Origin: Octopus sinensis
Taxonomy: Eukaryota
Reading direction: 5' to 3'
DNA length: 64,000 nt
Assembly (NCBI RefSeq): GCF_006345805.1
Contig: NC_042997.1
Location: 171,182,001-171,246,000, forward strand
Shown here: one piece after another, positions 1-12,130 of the stretch
Layout: each line of letters opens with the position of its first letter
Position numbering within the stretch: the first letter of the stretch is position 1
The notes under the pieces: model-generated
What the model saw: only the letters and a program-made list of their open reading frames with translations
Told to the model about the DNA's origin: nothing
Database searches by the model: none
Program-made: the position numbers and the translations under genes

Positions 1-250
<250 letters not shown>

Positions 251-407
251 TCTATAGCGCTAGTCTCTCTCGCCTTCTTTTTCTTTGCCATAGGCTATCA
301 GGTCTTAGGGCCTGAGGATACGCCATAAAGGAACCCTATAAACCGGTCTTCACCAATAATTGATACACACACACACACACTAATACACACATACAATCAT
401 ACATATA

Positions 408-461
<54 letters not shown>

Positions 462-462
462 C

Positions 463-722
463 TGTTGTGTCTGGGGAGAGTCATTTTCCTTTTGTGCCTT
501 ATAATTTACCACACGCACCGGTAAAATTTCAAGACTATTGAAAAGGTTGCAAGACGCAACGAAAATTTTAGGAAAATAAAAATAAGAAATAAGTGGGAAT
601 TTTACCGGTGAGTGTGTTACATTATAAGGCACAAAAAGAAAAAGACTCTCCCCAGACACAACAGAATATGCTTCAACACACGAACTCAGAGAAAGAATAT
701 TGCAAATCAAGTCCCAAAATGA
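463..722. mobile_element. Palindromic (fold-back) repeat, internally deleted copy of the family at 63661-63994
   Basis: 463-530 is the inverted complement of 598-663; the asymmetric tail 664-722 matches the reverse complement of 63661-63720. Confidence 0.85.
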
Positions 723-766
723 AATATATATATATATATATATATATACACAGGATTGGTTCACTA

Positions 767-1134
767 GGCGCAGGAGTGGCTATATAAATAACTTTCTGAC
801 CAACCACATGGTTCCGGGTTCAGTCCCACTGCGTGGCACCTTGGGCAAGTGTCTTCTACTATAGCCTCGGGCCGACCAAACCATTATGAGTAAATATGGT
901 AAAAGAAGCCCGTCGTATATATAATATGTGTGTGTGTGTGTATGTTTGTGTGTCTGTTTGACACTCCCACCATCGTTTGACAACCGATGCTGGTGTGTTT
1001 ACGTCCTCGTAACTTAGCGGTTTGGCAAAAAATGCCGATAGAATAAGTACTAGACTTTCAAAGAATAAGCCCTAGGGTCGAGTTGTTCGACTATAGGCGC
1101 TCTTCCAGCATGACTGAAACAAATAAAAGAGTAA
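767..1134 (+). mobile_element. tRNA-derived SINE family A (internal TA/TG microsatellite, TAAAAGAG tail)
   Basis: Head ggcgcaggagtggct, B-box-like ggttcagtccc, ccttgggcaagtg, tail gactgaaac...taaaagag; many copies in the window. Confidence 0.9.
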
Positions 1135-2087
1135 ATGAATATATATATAGATTATAGATATTGATTGATAGATAGGTAGATTGATCTGTATGTGAGTGTG
1201 TTTATGGATATACAGCATATCTATATTTGTAATATGTATGTAATGTATACACGCTCACATGGCACACACGTGTACTCATGCCTAAATCTAAATCTTTCAA
1301 GCTTCTTTTACCTGACTGACTACCGTATTTTCAAAAATACACACAAATTATTCTCTTTCGATCCGAGCCGAGTGGAGCCGAGATTGATGGCTTCTATGCG
1401 GTCGTTTTGATATGCTAGAAATAGGCAAATATCCTTCAAGTCATTTGCTGTCCTACATAAGAACAAACATGTTAGACCATGTAGTTCTAGATGTTTTACG
1501 CCTGTAAATAAAACGAGATGGTCCGCTCAATTGGGGTGGAGTTGGGACTAAACAACAGCAGTCGAGCCCCACAAGTAAGCTTGCATGCGGTCGTTCGACC
1601 TACTAATTATAGTAGCTAACGTTCCTCAAATACACACTTTACCAGTGGCGGCGCGTGTATAGGAACTGCGGAACTGCAGCACCCCACTATTTCCATTCGA
1701 TATTATCGGTAACATTCAATATAATGAGTCCTTTTTTCTTTAATTCTTTCTTTATACTTGTACATTATAATCTTTAAACTTAATGTCAGTAGCCATCCCC
1801 TAGTTTATGAAAAAAAAATCTTGTATAGATCTGTGCGCTTCACAGTTCCAGCAACGCGGTGTTTAGCTATTGTGCGCATGCTTACATGTCCGAGATAGGA
1901 AGCTTCACACTAGGGAGAGAGAGAGAGTACTGCGTGCCAGATGAAAGGGTGTGCTTAAAAACGTGTTTATATTCTTGAATGTGATAAAGTGTAGAATTAG
2001 ATTAGTATTCTGCTTCCAGCTGTGTTGCTGCCAGGATTTTAAAAATAAGGCATATTCCATCCCACCTTATTTTGTGATTTAGGAGGG

Positions 2088-2511
2088 GGGATATAGTTGT
2101 TAGAGATCACCAAGAAAAGAATTACTTTCTTATCGATGTATCAATACCAACAGATGACAATGTTTCTCTAAAAGAACAGGAGAAACTTTCAAAAAACAAA
2201 GATCTGGAAATAGAGGTAATTCAAATGCGGGGCCTAAAAACAGAAACAATTCCTATCATAGTAGGCGCATTAGATATAATTAAAAAAAAAACAACAAAAA
2301 CATTCAGACAAATACATAACAAAAACACTAGAACTTATAAGTATATATAACATACAGAAAATAGCACTATTAGGCACCGCACACATCCTACATAAAACAC
2401 TTTCAATACAGTAAAAATAAAAGTACCACAACAAACCACAGCACATACCCAAGGCACACAGAGCTGCGCTCAGTAGGGCAGTGAAAGCACATGATAAAAT
2501 AAGACTACTGA
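2088..2511 (+). mobile_element. R4/Dong-like RLE non-LTR retrotransposon, 5'-truncated 3' end with (TAA)n tail
   Basis: Manual translation gives DIVVRDHQEKNYFLIDVSIPTDDNVSLKEQEKLSKNKDLEIEV...IPIIVGAL and IQKIALLGTAHILHKTLSIQ*, typical of the R4 restriction-like endonuclease; followed by (TAA)n. Confidence 0.85.
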
Positions 2512-2535
2512 TTAATAATAATAATAATAATAATG

Positions 2536-2591
<56 letters not shown>

Positions 2592-2592
2592 T

Positions 2593-3601
2593 GCCCTGAT
2601 GCAGTACCAGGCAGTGGCTCTCATGGCTTCTGATCTTAACTGATTGGAAGTATTATCATGTACATTGTTTTGTCTTGGTATAAAAGATGGGCTACAGCAA
2701 ATATTCTGCTCAATACCACAGATTTGCTTGTCAGTTGTTTGACCTTAACCAGTTGAGCATGTCCCTCAGTGGCTAACGATATGTACATCTCTGATCATGA
2801 GCAGAAGTAGTGGGGGAGCATCATAGCCATGTGTTGAGAGGGATTCTTTGGGGTTTGAATAGTTCACCTCTGGAAACATGGGTGGTTCTTTCAACATCCT
2901 TAAACAACCCTTATTCAGGAACCGTTTGAGCGGGATGGGCTACTCAACCTGAAGAAAATTCTAACTGGGCCCCACCTGCAAGGTCATGTGCTGTTTATCT
3001 TGATATGAGATCACCATGTCGCGCACATATGGTTGTGATGCATGTGCCTAGTGTACCTTTATCAGACGGGTAGTCATGATGGGTATATTGGGCTTCGTAT
3101 ATTTTACCCCAGTGTCACTTTGATGGCATGAACTGCTCTCTCACTCAATAATAATAATATTCTGCTCAATACCACAGATTTCTTGTCAGTTGTTTGACCA
3201 TGACCAGTTAAGCATGTCCCTTAGTGGCTGACGATATGTGTATCTCTGATCACGAGCATTGGTAGTGGGGGAGCATCATAGCCATGTGTTGAGAGGGAGT
3301 CTTTGGGGTTTGAATAATTCACCTCTGGAAACATGGGTGTTTCGTTCAACATCCTTAAACAACCCTTACTCAGGGACCTTTTGAGCGGGATGGGTTACTC
3401 GACCAGAAGAAAATTCTAACTGGGCCCCACCTGCAAGGCCATGCGCTGTGTATCTTGATATCAGATCACCAGATCGCGCACATATGGTTATGATGCATGT
3501 GCCTAGTGTACCCCTATCAGACGGGTAGTCATGATGGGTATACTGGGCTTCGTATATTATACCCCAGTGTCACTTTGATGGCAAGCACTGCTCTCTCACT
3601 C
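2593..3601 (+). mobile_element. About 555-bp non-coding element embedded in (AAT)n: full copy 2593-3146 plus 5'-truncated tandem copy 3158-3601
   Basis: Starts gccctgatgcagtacc right after (AAT)n and ends ctctctcactc-(AAT)n; near-identical copy at 4894-5446. Confidence 0.9.
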
Positions 3602-3614
3602 AATAACAATAATA

Positions 3615-3805
3615 GGCGTAACTTCGGTATAAGTACCGGAAGTACCGGATACATTTCAAGAAAGTGTTTTTTTTAATATATATGGGGGGTGGTAGGGTTA
3701 CGGTTAGGATTAGGGTTAGGGGTGAGAGAAAAGGGTTTCTGTTATCTTCAGAAATGTAAACAAAGCCACTTCCGGTACCTACGGTACTTATACCGAAGGA
3801 TCGCC
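3615..3805. mobile_element. Mini inverted-repeat element with a telomere-like core
   Basis: TIRs cttcggtataagtaccg / cggtacttataccgaag; core ggtagggttacggttaggattagggttagggg. Confidence 0.75.
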
Positions 3806-4134
3806 GTTGGGGGCTACACACTTCAAAACGTCGCCGCTTATTTTAACTAACAGCCATCCGATTGATAAGCTGCGTAGATTCGAATTCAAAATATTTTTGC
3901 TCACGCTAATCTCACCGTCTTTCATTTAGTCACGTGAAGTTTTATTCGCTTCTCAGTCATCCACTGACAAGATAAACGATGATTCAAAGCTCTCCCCAAT
4001 TTTCCTCTCTCTCCCTGCATTCTCTCTCTCTTTCTCTCTCTGTCTCTGTCGGTCTCTGTCTCTCTCTTCCTCTTTCTTTCTTCGGTGAACCACATCCAGC
4101 ACAGGAATTGGCTTAATCAGACATTTATCTATCT

Positions 4135-4680
4135 ATGAGGTAAGACGTTTCCTTCCCAACCACAAGGTTCTAGGTTCAGTTCCACTTCGTGACACCTTGG
4201 ATAAGTATCTTGGGCCGACCAAAGCCGTGTGAGTGGATTTGGTAGACGGAAACTGAAAGCGGCCTGTTGTGAGTGTGTGCATGTGTGTGTGTGTGTGTGT
4301 GTGTGTTTGTGCCTGTTCCCTCACCACCACCACCACTGCTTGACAACCGATGCTGGTGTTTTTACGTTTCCGTAACTTAGCGGTTCGGCAAGGCTTTGAA
4401 AAAGAAAATCAGTAATGGAGTCGATTCGCTAGAGTGAAATTCTCCAAGGCGGTGTCCCAGCAAGGCTGCAGTCTAATGACTGAAGCAGATAAAAGATAGA
4501 GGATAAGCGCAAGTATGGTGTGTGTTTTAAGAAGCTCGCTTTGCAAGCACTTGGTTTCGGTTTCAGTTCCATTGCGTGGCACCTTAGGAAAGTGTCAAGG
4601 GCTGACCAATATCTTATGAGTGGATATGGTAGACAAAAACTGTGTGGAAGCCCATCGTACACACACACGCGCGCATCTTT
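4135..4680 (+). mobile_element. SINE family A: one degenerate copy plus a 5' fragment
   Basis: Family A motifs at 4135-4500 and 4515-4680. Confidence 0.8.
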
Positions 4681-4801
4681 TAAATTTGTTTTTGTTAACA
4701 TTTTGAATATGCAAATAAAGCTCCTATTCCCTTTATGCTAGCCACAGTCTAATGATACTGACTAGGGAGCCAGTTTTGGGGAGTTGCCTCAAGTTATACC
4801 G

Positions 4802-4861
<60 letters not shown>

Positions 4862-4893
4862 TAATAATAATAATATAATAATAATAATAAAAT

Positions 4894-5543
4894 GCCCTGA
4901 TGCAGTACCAGGCAGTGGCTCTCATGGCTTCTGATCTTAACTGATTGGAAGTGTTATCATGTACATTGTTTTGTCTTGGTATAAAAGATGGGCTACAGCA
5001 AATATTCTGCTCAATACCACAGATTTGCTTGTCAGTTGTTTGACCTTAACCAGTTGAGCATGTCCCTTAGTGGCTGACGATATGTGCATCTCTGATCACG
5101 AGCAGAAGTAGTGGGGGAGCACCATAGCCATGTGTTGAGAGGGATTCTTTGGGGTTTGAATAGTTCACCTCTGGCACATGGGTGGTTCTTTCAACATCCT
5201 TAAACAACCCTTATTCAGGGACAGTTTGAGCAGGATGGGCTACTCAAAATGAAGAAAATTCTAACTGGGCCCCACCTGCAAGGTCATGTGCTGTTTATCT
5301 TGATATGAGATCACCATGTCGCACACATATGGTTGTGATGCATGTGCCTGGTGTACCTTTATCAGACGGGTAGTCATGATGGGTATATTGGGCTTCGTAT
5401 ATTTTACCCTAGTGTCACTTTGATGGCATGAACTGCTCTCTCACTCAATGATAATAATAATAATAATGTACATTGTTTTGTTTGGGCATAAAAGATGGGC
5501 TACAGCAAATATTCTGCTCAATACCACAGATTTGCTTGTCAGT
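4894..5543 (+). mobile_element. About 555-bp (AAT)n-embedded element: full copy 4894-5446 plus short restart 5466-5543
   Basis: Same ends as 2593-3146; preceded by (AAT)n at 4804-4892. Confidence 0.9.
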
Positions 5544-5749
5544 AACACGAAATAACCTCTAAAATACGAAATTTTGTCAAAAATGTTCAAAGTAAACCTT
5601 GTTCTATTTGGGAAATTACACCAGTATACGAAGTTTCAAACTGTTTAGTTAAAAAAAGATTAATTAAAAAACCTGTGAGCCAAACTGAACAGATCCAGCG
5701 GATGTCTGTCTCCAAAACTTCAAAGTTGAGTAACGTTTTTATACTTGGA

Positions 5750-6146
5750 CTAGCAGTATCGCCCGGCGTTGCTCGGGTTTGTAAGGGAAATAACTATATA
5801 AGCATTTTTAGAGAGTTATAGCCAAAAAATAGCAAAAAAATGCATTAAAAATGGAAAAAAATGATGGTAAATTTTTTTTAAAATCGTTGACTCATCGTAG
5901 ACATTTTTAGAGAGTTACTTCCCTTATATAATAGCGAAAAAATGCATTAAAATGGGAAAAAATGATGGTTAATTTTTTTTTAAATCGTAGACTCATCGTA
6001 GACGCGCGCTAATACCCAGAAGGGCTCGATATGAATCACGACTATAAGATACCCGGTTTTGGTTAAACTGCACCGCAAAATGTGGGAGTAGTTAGGAATC
6101 TAAATCGTAGGAGACAGACACACAAATTGACTTTTATATATAAAGA
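5750..6146 (-). mobile_element. Non-autonomous Helitron
   Basis: On the minus strand: 5'-TC start, 3' hairpin cccg-agcaacgc-cggg then CTAG, inserted between A and T. Confidence 0.85.
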
Positions 6147-6360
6147 TTTGTAAAGTACGATAAGAATAACACTGGTCAACAAAGAATTTGTCCCAAGGAA
6201 AAGAATACGTTTTTGCATGCAGAATTCAAAAGTAATGTCAAGTGATCTGTACTAAGTTCACATATTCCATTCTCCTTCATAATGCCAAGAAACTGTATAA
6301 ACATCGCAAGCAATTTTTGCTTTATATGAAAAATATGTAAAATATTAAGACAATTTACCA

Positions 6361-6734
6361 ACGACATGGTTCCGGGTTCCGTCCCACTGCGTGGCACCTT
6401 GGGCAAGTGTCTTCTACTATAGCCTCGGGCCGACCAAAGCCTTGTGAGTGGATTTGGTAGACGGAAACTGAAAGAAGCCCGTCGTATATATGTATATATA
6501 TATATACATATGTGTGTGTGTGTATGTTTGTGTGTCTGTGTTTGTCCCCCTAGCATTACTTGACAACCGATGCTGGTGTGTTTATGTCCCCGTCACCTAG
6601 CGGTTCGGCAAAAGGGACCGATAGAATAAGTACTGGGCTTACAAAGAATAAGTCCCGGGGTCGAGTTGCTCGATTAAAGGCGGTGCTCCAGCATGGCCGC
6701 AGTCAAATGACTGAAACCAGCAAAAGAGTAAAGA
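6361..6734 (+). mobile_element. SINE family A
   Basis: CpG-retaining copy with all family motifs. Confidence 0.9.
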
Positions 6735-6856
6735 GCAATTGGCAAAAAATATCTATAATAAAATTCTAATTGATAAATATAATTTTTTTTATTAAAACAA
6801 AACACGCGGGGGAAGTAAATCTCGTGGTGTGCGGGTGGAACACAACACAATGTGCG

Positions 6857-6870
6857 GTTGTCATGGTAAC
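6857..6870. promoter_or_regulatory. Candidate RFX X-box GTTGTCATGGTAAC
   Basis: Close match to the GTNRCCATGGYAAC consensus in unique, CpG-containing DNA; no linked exon found. Confidence 0.35.
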
Positions 6871-7195
6871 AAGCTGTTAATGCCTCGCTCTCTGTTGACT
6901 GGCTAAAATTACCCAAATGTTCCGGCTTTAATTCCAAATAACATCAGATTCTTTAATTTACGAGATAAAGTAATTGGTTAATCGTAATCAAAATTCAGAG
7001 TTGCATCGATACACCAAAATTGAAAGCAATCTGAGCAAAATTAAAGGGGGCTCATTTTGCGAACGAAAAAGACTAGATCCTCTCCAAGAGTCTGTAAATA
7101 TTTATCTCAAATACAAATACAAACTACACTAATTCTTCACTGTTGTAGCATACGTTTCTGCACAACTAAACATTAACGCAAGGAGTAAATCAATT

Positions 7196-7928
7196 ATTAA
7201 CAAATATATTAACAAACAAATATATCTAAAAAAAGAAGACTCTAGGATGACTACTCAGCAACTAAAATCTAAAAAAAAATAGACTAAGAATGAAACAGAC
7301 CTTCTAATAAATTCATGGTACTGTCTTGCCCAAACGGAAAACGAAGACACATCATGCCGGAACATAATAGCCAGACGTACATTTCAACTCTTAGGAAATC
7401 GTTCCGAGAAGCAGAACTAAAAGAAATTGAAGTGGCGTTTGAATTATTTAATAGACATTTTGAAAAACTCCAACGTGTTTTCTCTTCAAATACTGTTCAA
7501 CAGCAACCACCACCACCGCCGCCGCCGCCACGGCGACAACAACAAGAACAGCAACAACCGTCACAGCAGGGAGACTGTCTCAGCATCAACCTTTAACACT
7601 CCTCAATTCAACCACAATTGGTGACCTACGGTCAACTTTTCAGCGTCCGGCTGTTCACAGCCCATTCGACCAGAGTTTGTTACTCACTCGTCAGCAGCGG
7701 CAATAATTACAATAACAAGAATCACAACAACAACAACAATTACAACTACAACAACCACCACAAAAACAGCAACGGCCACAGCTTCAAACTACTACTATCC
7801 CAGTTTGTGATCAACCAACCAAATGCTTACTTGAAGACCCCTTAATGAATTTGCCAAACACAAATGTACACAAATTACTTAACTCCATGTCCCCCTACAT
7901 GGCCTTGCTATTTGCTTTTGAGCCAAAT

Positions 7929-7968
<40 letters not shown>

Positions 7969-8942
7969 AAATTAAAATCCATACTTCTCACTGCCTACAC
8001 AAGAAACCCCAAAATATGCCGTTATTCATTATGCAAGAGGCTGTGCACTGACACTGATTGCAAATTCACGCATTTACTAGGGACTTAGACGCTCAGTTGC
8101 CGCTACCACCAAAGTGCACATTATAAAACAACGTCACCACCACGACCCTCACCAAATACCAAAGCCAAATTAAAAAAAAACAACACTCATGTAACACTGA
8201 ACCCTAAAATCTGCCGCTATTCCTAGCATGACGGATTATATCTACAACATAATTGTCCATTTATCCATCTCCCGGGGATTCGTCGCACAAATAAAAATAT
8301 AAACGGGACCCCTAACAAATACAAAACCCACAACTACAAACATTTTCAGTTCCCCAAACAGAACTCATTTTTAGCCGTGATGAATCTCGCAAAAGAGCTA
8401 TAAAAGAACATTCTAGCCATCACACAATGCCACCTTCCACCACCACCCTGTTGCACAAACTCCCATTGCTGCCATTAACAAGCAAATCACCAAAACAGTC
8501 AAAATCAGCCGCCACTATCGCCTCAACATTTTTACTCAATGCACAAGGCATCAGCCCTTCCACCAAATCCCCAAAATGGAAGATCCAATTTGTTGAGGAT
8601 TGGGTTAATGACCATCAACACCATATCCCTTTCTTCGTCCTCACAGAGACCCATCTGAATAACCTCTACTTGGAAGCTGAGGTGAGAGTGAAGAATTTTA
8701 CAGCTATCCGTGCAGATTGTGTCGGCAGAAGAAAGGGTAGGACCGCCATTTTCGTGCACGATTCTTTTTCGGCTGAAGCAATGGACGTATTTACCAATGG
8801 CTACTGTGGAGCAGCTTCTGTGTATAGTAAAACTAACAATTTAATAGTAGTTGGGCTCTATAGACCACTCCTAACTCCTTTACTACGTTTCAAGGAATGC
8901 CTCAACAGTATTAAAGCGTTTCATCCATCAGTGTCATGCTGA
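7196..8942 (+). mobile_element. APE-type LINE (CR1/L2 group, tentative), 5' portion: degraded ORF1 with CCCH-like fingers plus APE endonuclease
   Basis: ORF 8427..8942 has LNAQGI, VLTETHL, RAD..GR.KG.TAIFV and VGLYRP (APE). Upstream RNPKICRYSLCKRLCTDTDCKFTH and NPKICRYS..D..Y..HNCPFIH. Confidence 0.75.
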
Positions 8943-9742
8943 CAACATATGACTGGAACAATTTTGATATTTTCTATTCAATTAAAGCAGATTTAGATTA
9001 AAACAACAGCAGTCGAACCGACTCATAATGCAGAATCTTCCAAAAGAATTTACTTTACGCTAACAAAAAAAAAAAAAAAAAAAGAAACGTTAGAGTTCAA
9101 ATCTTTCAGGGCCAACTTTGTCTTTCATCTTTTCGAGGTCAATAAAATAGAGAAGCAATCAATATAACTGATTTTTCTAGTCACCCAAAATTTCTGGCAT
9201 TATTCTTATGTTAGAGACTTTGTTAATATTAATCTTCTTCCCCGTTGGGGGAAAAAAAAACATGTTTCAGCGCCATTCAGATTTGTCCCTGAACAATTTC
9301 TCTGTCCCGGTCGTCAGAGCTCACCACCTCCGCATCATTGTTGTCCATTTATCCATCTCCTGGGGACTCGTCGCACAAATAAAAATATTTTATTTGTTTG
9401 GGCAAGACAGTACCATGAATTTATTAGAAGGTCTGTTTCATTCTTAGTCTATTTTTTTTTTTAGATTTTAGTTGTTGAGTAGTCATCCTAGAGTTTTCTT
9501 TTTTTAAATATATTTGTTTGTTAATATATTTGTTAATATTTTAAATTTTAATTCTATTATTCTGTAAAATAATATTTAATTAGTTTAAATGTACACAAAT
9601 GCATAAAAATAATTTTAAATTCCATTAGACATTCTAAAATACTATTAAATTTCATTCAATTTTAAAAAAAGGTAACATCGGACAAAACTTATGGGATGAC
9701 CTGATAGAATTGAAAAAAATTCAAATTCATAAATATTCTTTT

Positions 9743-9952
9743 CTACTCTAGGCACAAGGCCCAAACTTTTTTGGGGGTGGGACCAGTCGATTAGATCGAC
9801 TCCAGTACACAACTGGTACTTAATTTATCAACCCCCGAAAGGATGAAAAGCAAAGCCGACCTCGGCGGAATTTGAATTCAGAACATAAAGACACACGAAA
9901 TACTGTTAAGCATTTCGCCGGCATGCTAATGTTTCTGCAGGCTCGCCACCTT
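9743..9952 (-). mobile_element. SINE family B (Nin/Deu-domain-like), tail type 2
   Basis: Reverse complement of gaggtcggctttgcttttcatcctttcgggggttgataaattaagtaccag. Confidence 0.85.
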
Positions 9953-10129
9953 CAAATTCGTAAATATTAAGGTAGATATTGAGCAATATCGTATGAACAT
10001 GGAAAAATTGTTACCTAATGAATGTATGGAGTGCAGAAACATATGTTGAGATACTTTAATAATAAAGCCTATAAATTTCTGTCCGCAAGTTATTATTGTT
10101 ATATTTGTAGCGAGACCTATCTCTGTTGT

Positions 10130-10675
10130 GGCATATTTTAGTCAACTAACCTTTCATAGGCTCCATATGTTAATCTTTAATGATTGGTTGTTTGACCTAT
10201 CATACGAATTTGGATCATTTGGTTGAGTCTTGTATCTTGATTGGTCGAATATTGCGCGGGATATAGATCTCGGATTCAATCACATTTGCGTAATACTTTC
10301 TAAATATGTGACCTGAACAGTCACTGAGAGCATATGTTTGTCTAAATATTGGGTTAACAAAACCTCTATGACGGAGAGGTGAGAGGATTCCAAAGGACGA
10401 GTCATGATAGTTTCCTTTTGCTATAACGAAGCACTTGTAACCAACGACGGACAGAGCTAAATTACCCAAAGGATGGATGAACAGTACAACTACCAGAATC
10501 CATGACGTGTTAATTGGTCAACTGTATAATTTAGCAGATGAATAATGTCTCGTTGTTATTCTAAGTTTGTTTTTTGCTTTATTTCCACGAGTTAACACGC
10601 AACACATGTTATATAATGGTATCCAAAATTCCGCCGCAAACCAAGAGAGACTTTATAACCACTCCAGCTAAATAT
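10130..10675. repeat. Unclassified interspersed repeat, second copy at 16205-17175
   Basis: Colinear similarity over about 550 bp; no convincing protein in any frame. Confidence 0.8.
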
Positions 10676-10689
10676 TTATCCTAAGCTGA

Positions 10690-10877
10690 AAGGAGTTTCA
10701 CATTGTATAACCATATCACCGGATTACCCTGGAAGAATGAATTAATAGGTGGTAGCCGACAGCGCGAAGCATAGGAGTTTTAAGATCGCATTTTGAGGCT
10801 TTTGCGCAAACGAAACTAAACGGATACATATATATATGTATATGACGGATACATATATATATGTATATATATATATG

Positions 10878-10930
<53 letters not shown>

Positions 10931-11340
10931 ATATATAAAAAGGAATACAAAAAATGGGACAAGAACGCAAAACATCCAGACAGTTAGATGATACAGAAAA
11001 GGGACAAGGAAAAACAAGGACGGGTCATTCGGAGTTTTCTTTCCTCAGTCGAGTTCCAGATTATCTTTGCAATTTCGGTTGGTTATACTCGAGATTGCTC
11101 CAACCCCGCCAGCCCCATGGAAAACTAAGCTATGAGCACTAGATTCCTTGGAAAAAAGCAGGGAATGTATACGAAAACAAGGGCGGAAAAAAACGGAGAA
11201 ATGGTACACAAATACAAATGCAAACAACAGGTGTCTTTCGACTAAGGACGAATTAAGTTAAGCTGGTGTGTGTGGAAGTGAAGCCTTGTATATTCTTATA
11301 TGTATGTGTATATATGTCGTATATATATATATATATATAT
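10690..11340. mobile_element. Unclassified (TA)n-associated element, possibly a Penelope-like terminus
   Basis: GC-richer block split by and ending in (TA)n; architecture resembles 55310-56262. Confidence 0.35.
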
Positions 11341-11345
11341 ATATA

Positions 11346-12130
11346 CTAGCAGCTAAGCCCAGTTCTACCTGATCAGAGAACGACGCGAAGAGAGAAACGA
11401 AGACATAAAAAAAGGAAGTAGACACGAAGTAGTGTTGGGCGACGGATCTTGGTAGAAAAAAAGAATATCATGATGAGTTAGTAAGGAGACCAAAGCAAGA
11501 ATTGACTTACGTGGGCTGGCAGGGTGATGAAAAAATTACGGAGTTGAAATTGGAGCAGTAGAAGTTGCCGTTGTTATCATTGGAGTGCCTCTTGGTAGAC
11601 AACATTTTTCTTTCTTCCCTCGGGTGCACAAATAGAAAGACCATGGGGATAGCTAACGTACAGTTGTGCGTGTGAGAATACTTGCTCTGTCAGATTCGAA
11701 CCAACCGCTTGCACTGATTGTCCCTGCGCCTTGTTGACTGTCGTGGGAAAGCAGAGTTTGATGGGAAATTGCACCTGTTTAAACTTGTAGGTCGTATCGG
11801 AGTGGGTAAGGGACATGTGAGTTATAAGTATGTCTTTGCCAACGGCCGGTTCATTCAAGATTGTTGCCGGCAGAACTCGGGAGCACAATTTTTTGATAAT
11901 CATCCGCGTACCTTTGCACATTATTGGAGCATTTAAATTCCTTAGCAGCATGATTGGCGCGCCAACCTTCAGATGCATTTCGTGGGGTGGTAGTTCTGCG
12001 GGTCCCCACTTTCGTCAGATTTGTCATGGGCCGGCCGGTGTATCTCAGATACATGGGGAGCCGAATTAGATTTTTCATCAACACAGGCGAGCCGAAATAA
12101 ATTTTTTCAATGTCCAAGGGAAGCCAAATC
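11346..12130 (-). mobile_element. Helitron remnant with RepHel (Pif1-like helicase) C-terminus and CTAG 3' end
   Basis: ORF 11577..11978: LKVGAPIMLLRNL...GTR...QFPIKLCFPTTVNKAQGQS...VFSHAQLYV...KNVVYQEAL. CTAG at 11346-11349 with a degenerate hairpin. Confidence 0.93.

Noticed and set aside
10215-10469. 84-aa ORF in the unclassified repeat
   Set aside because: The frame is not preserved in the second copy and has no recognisable motif.
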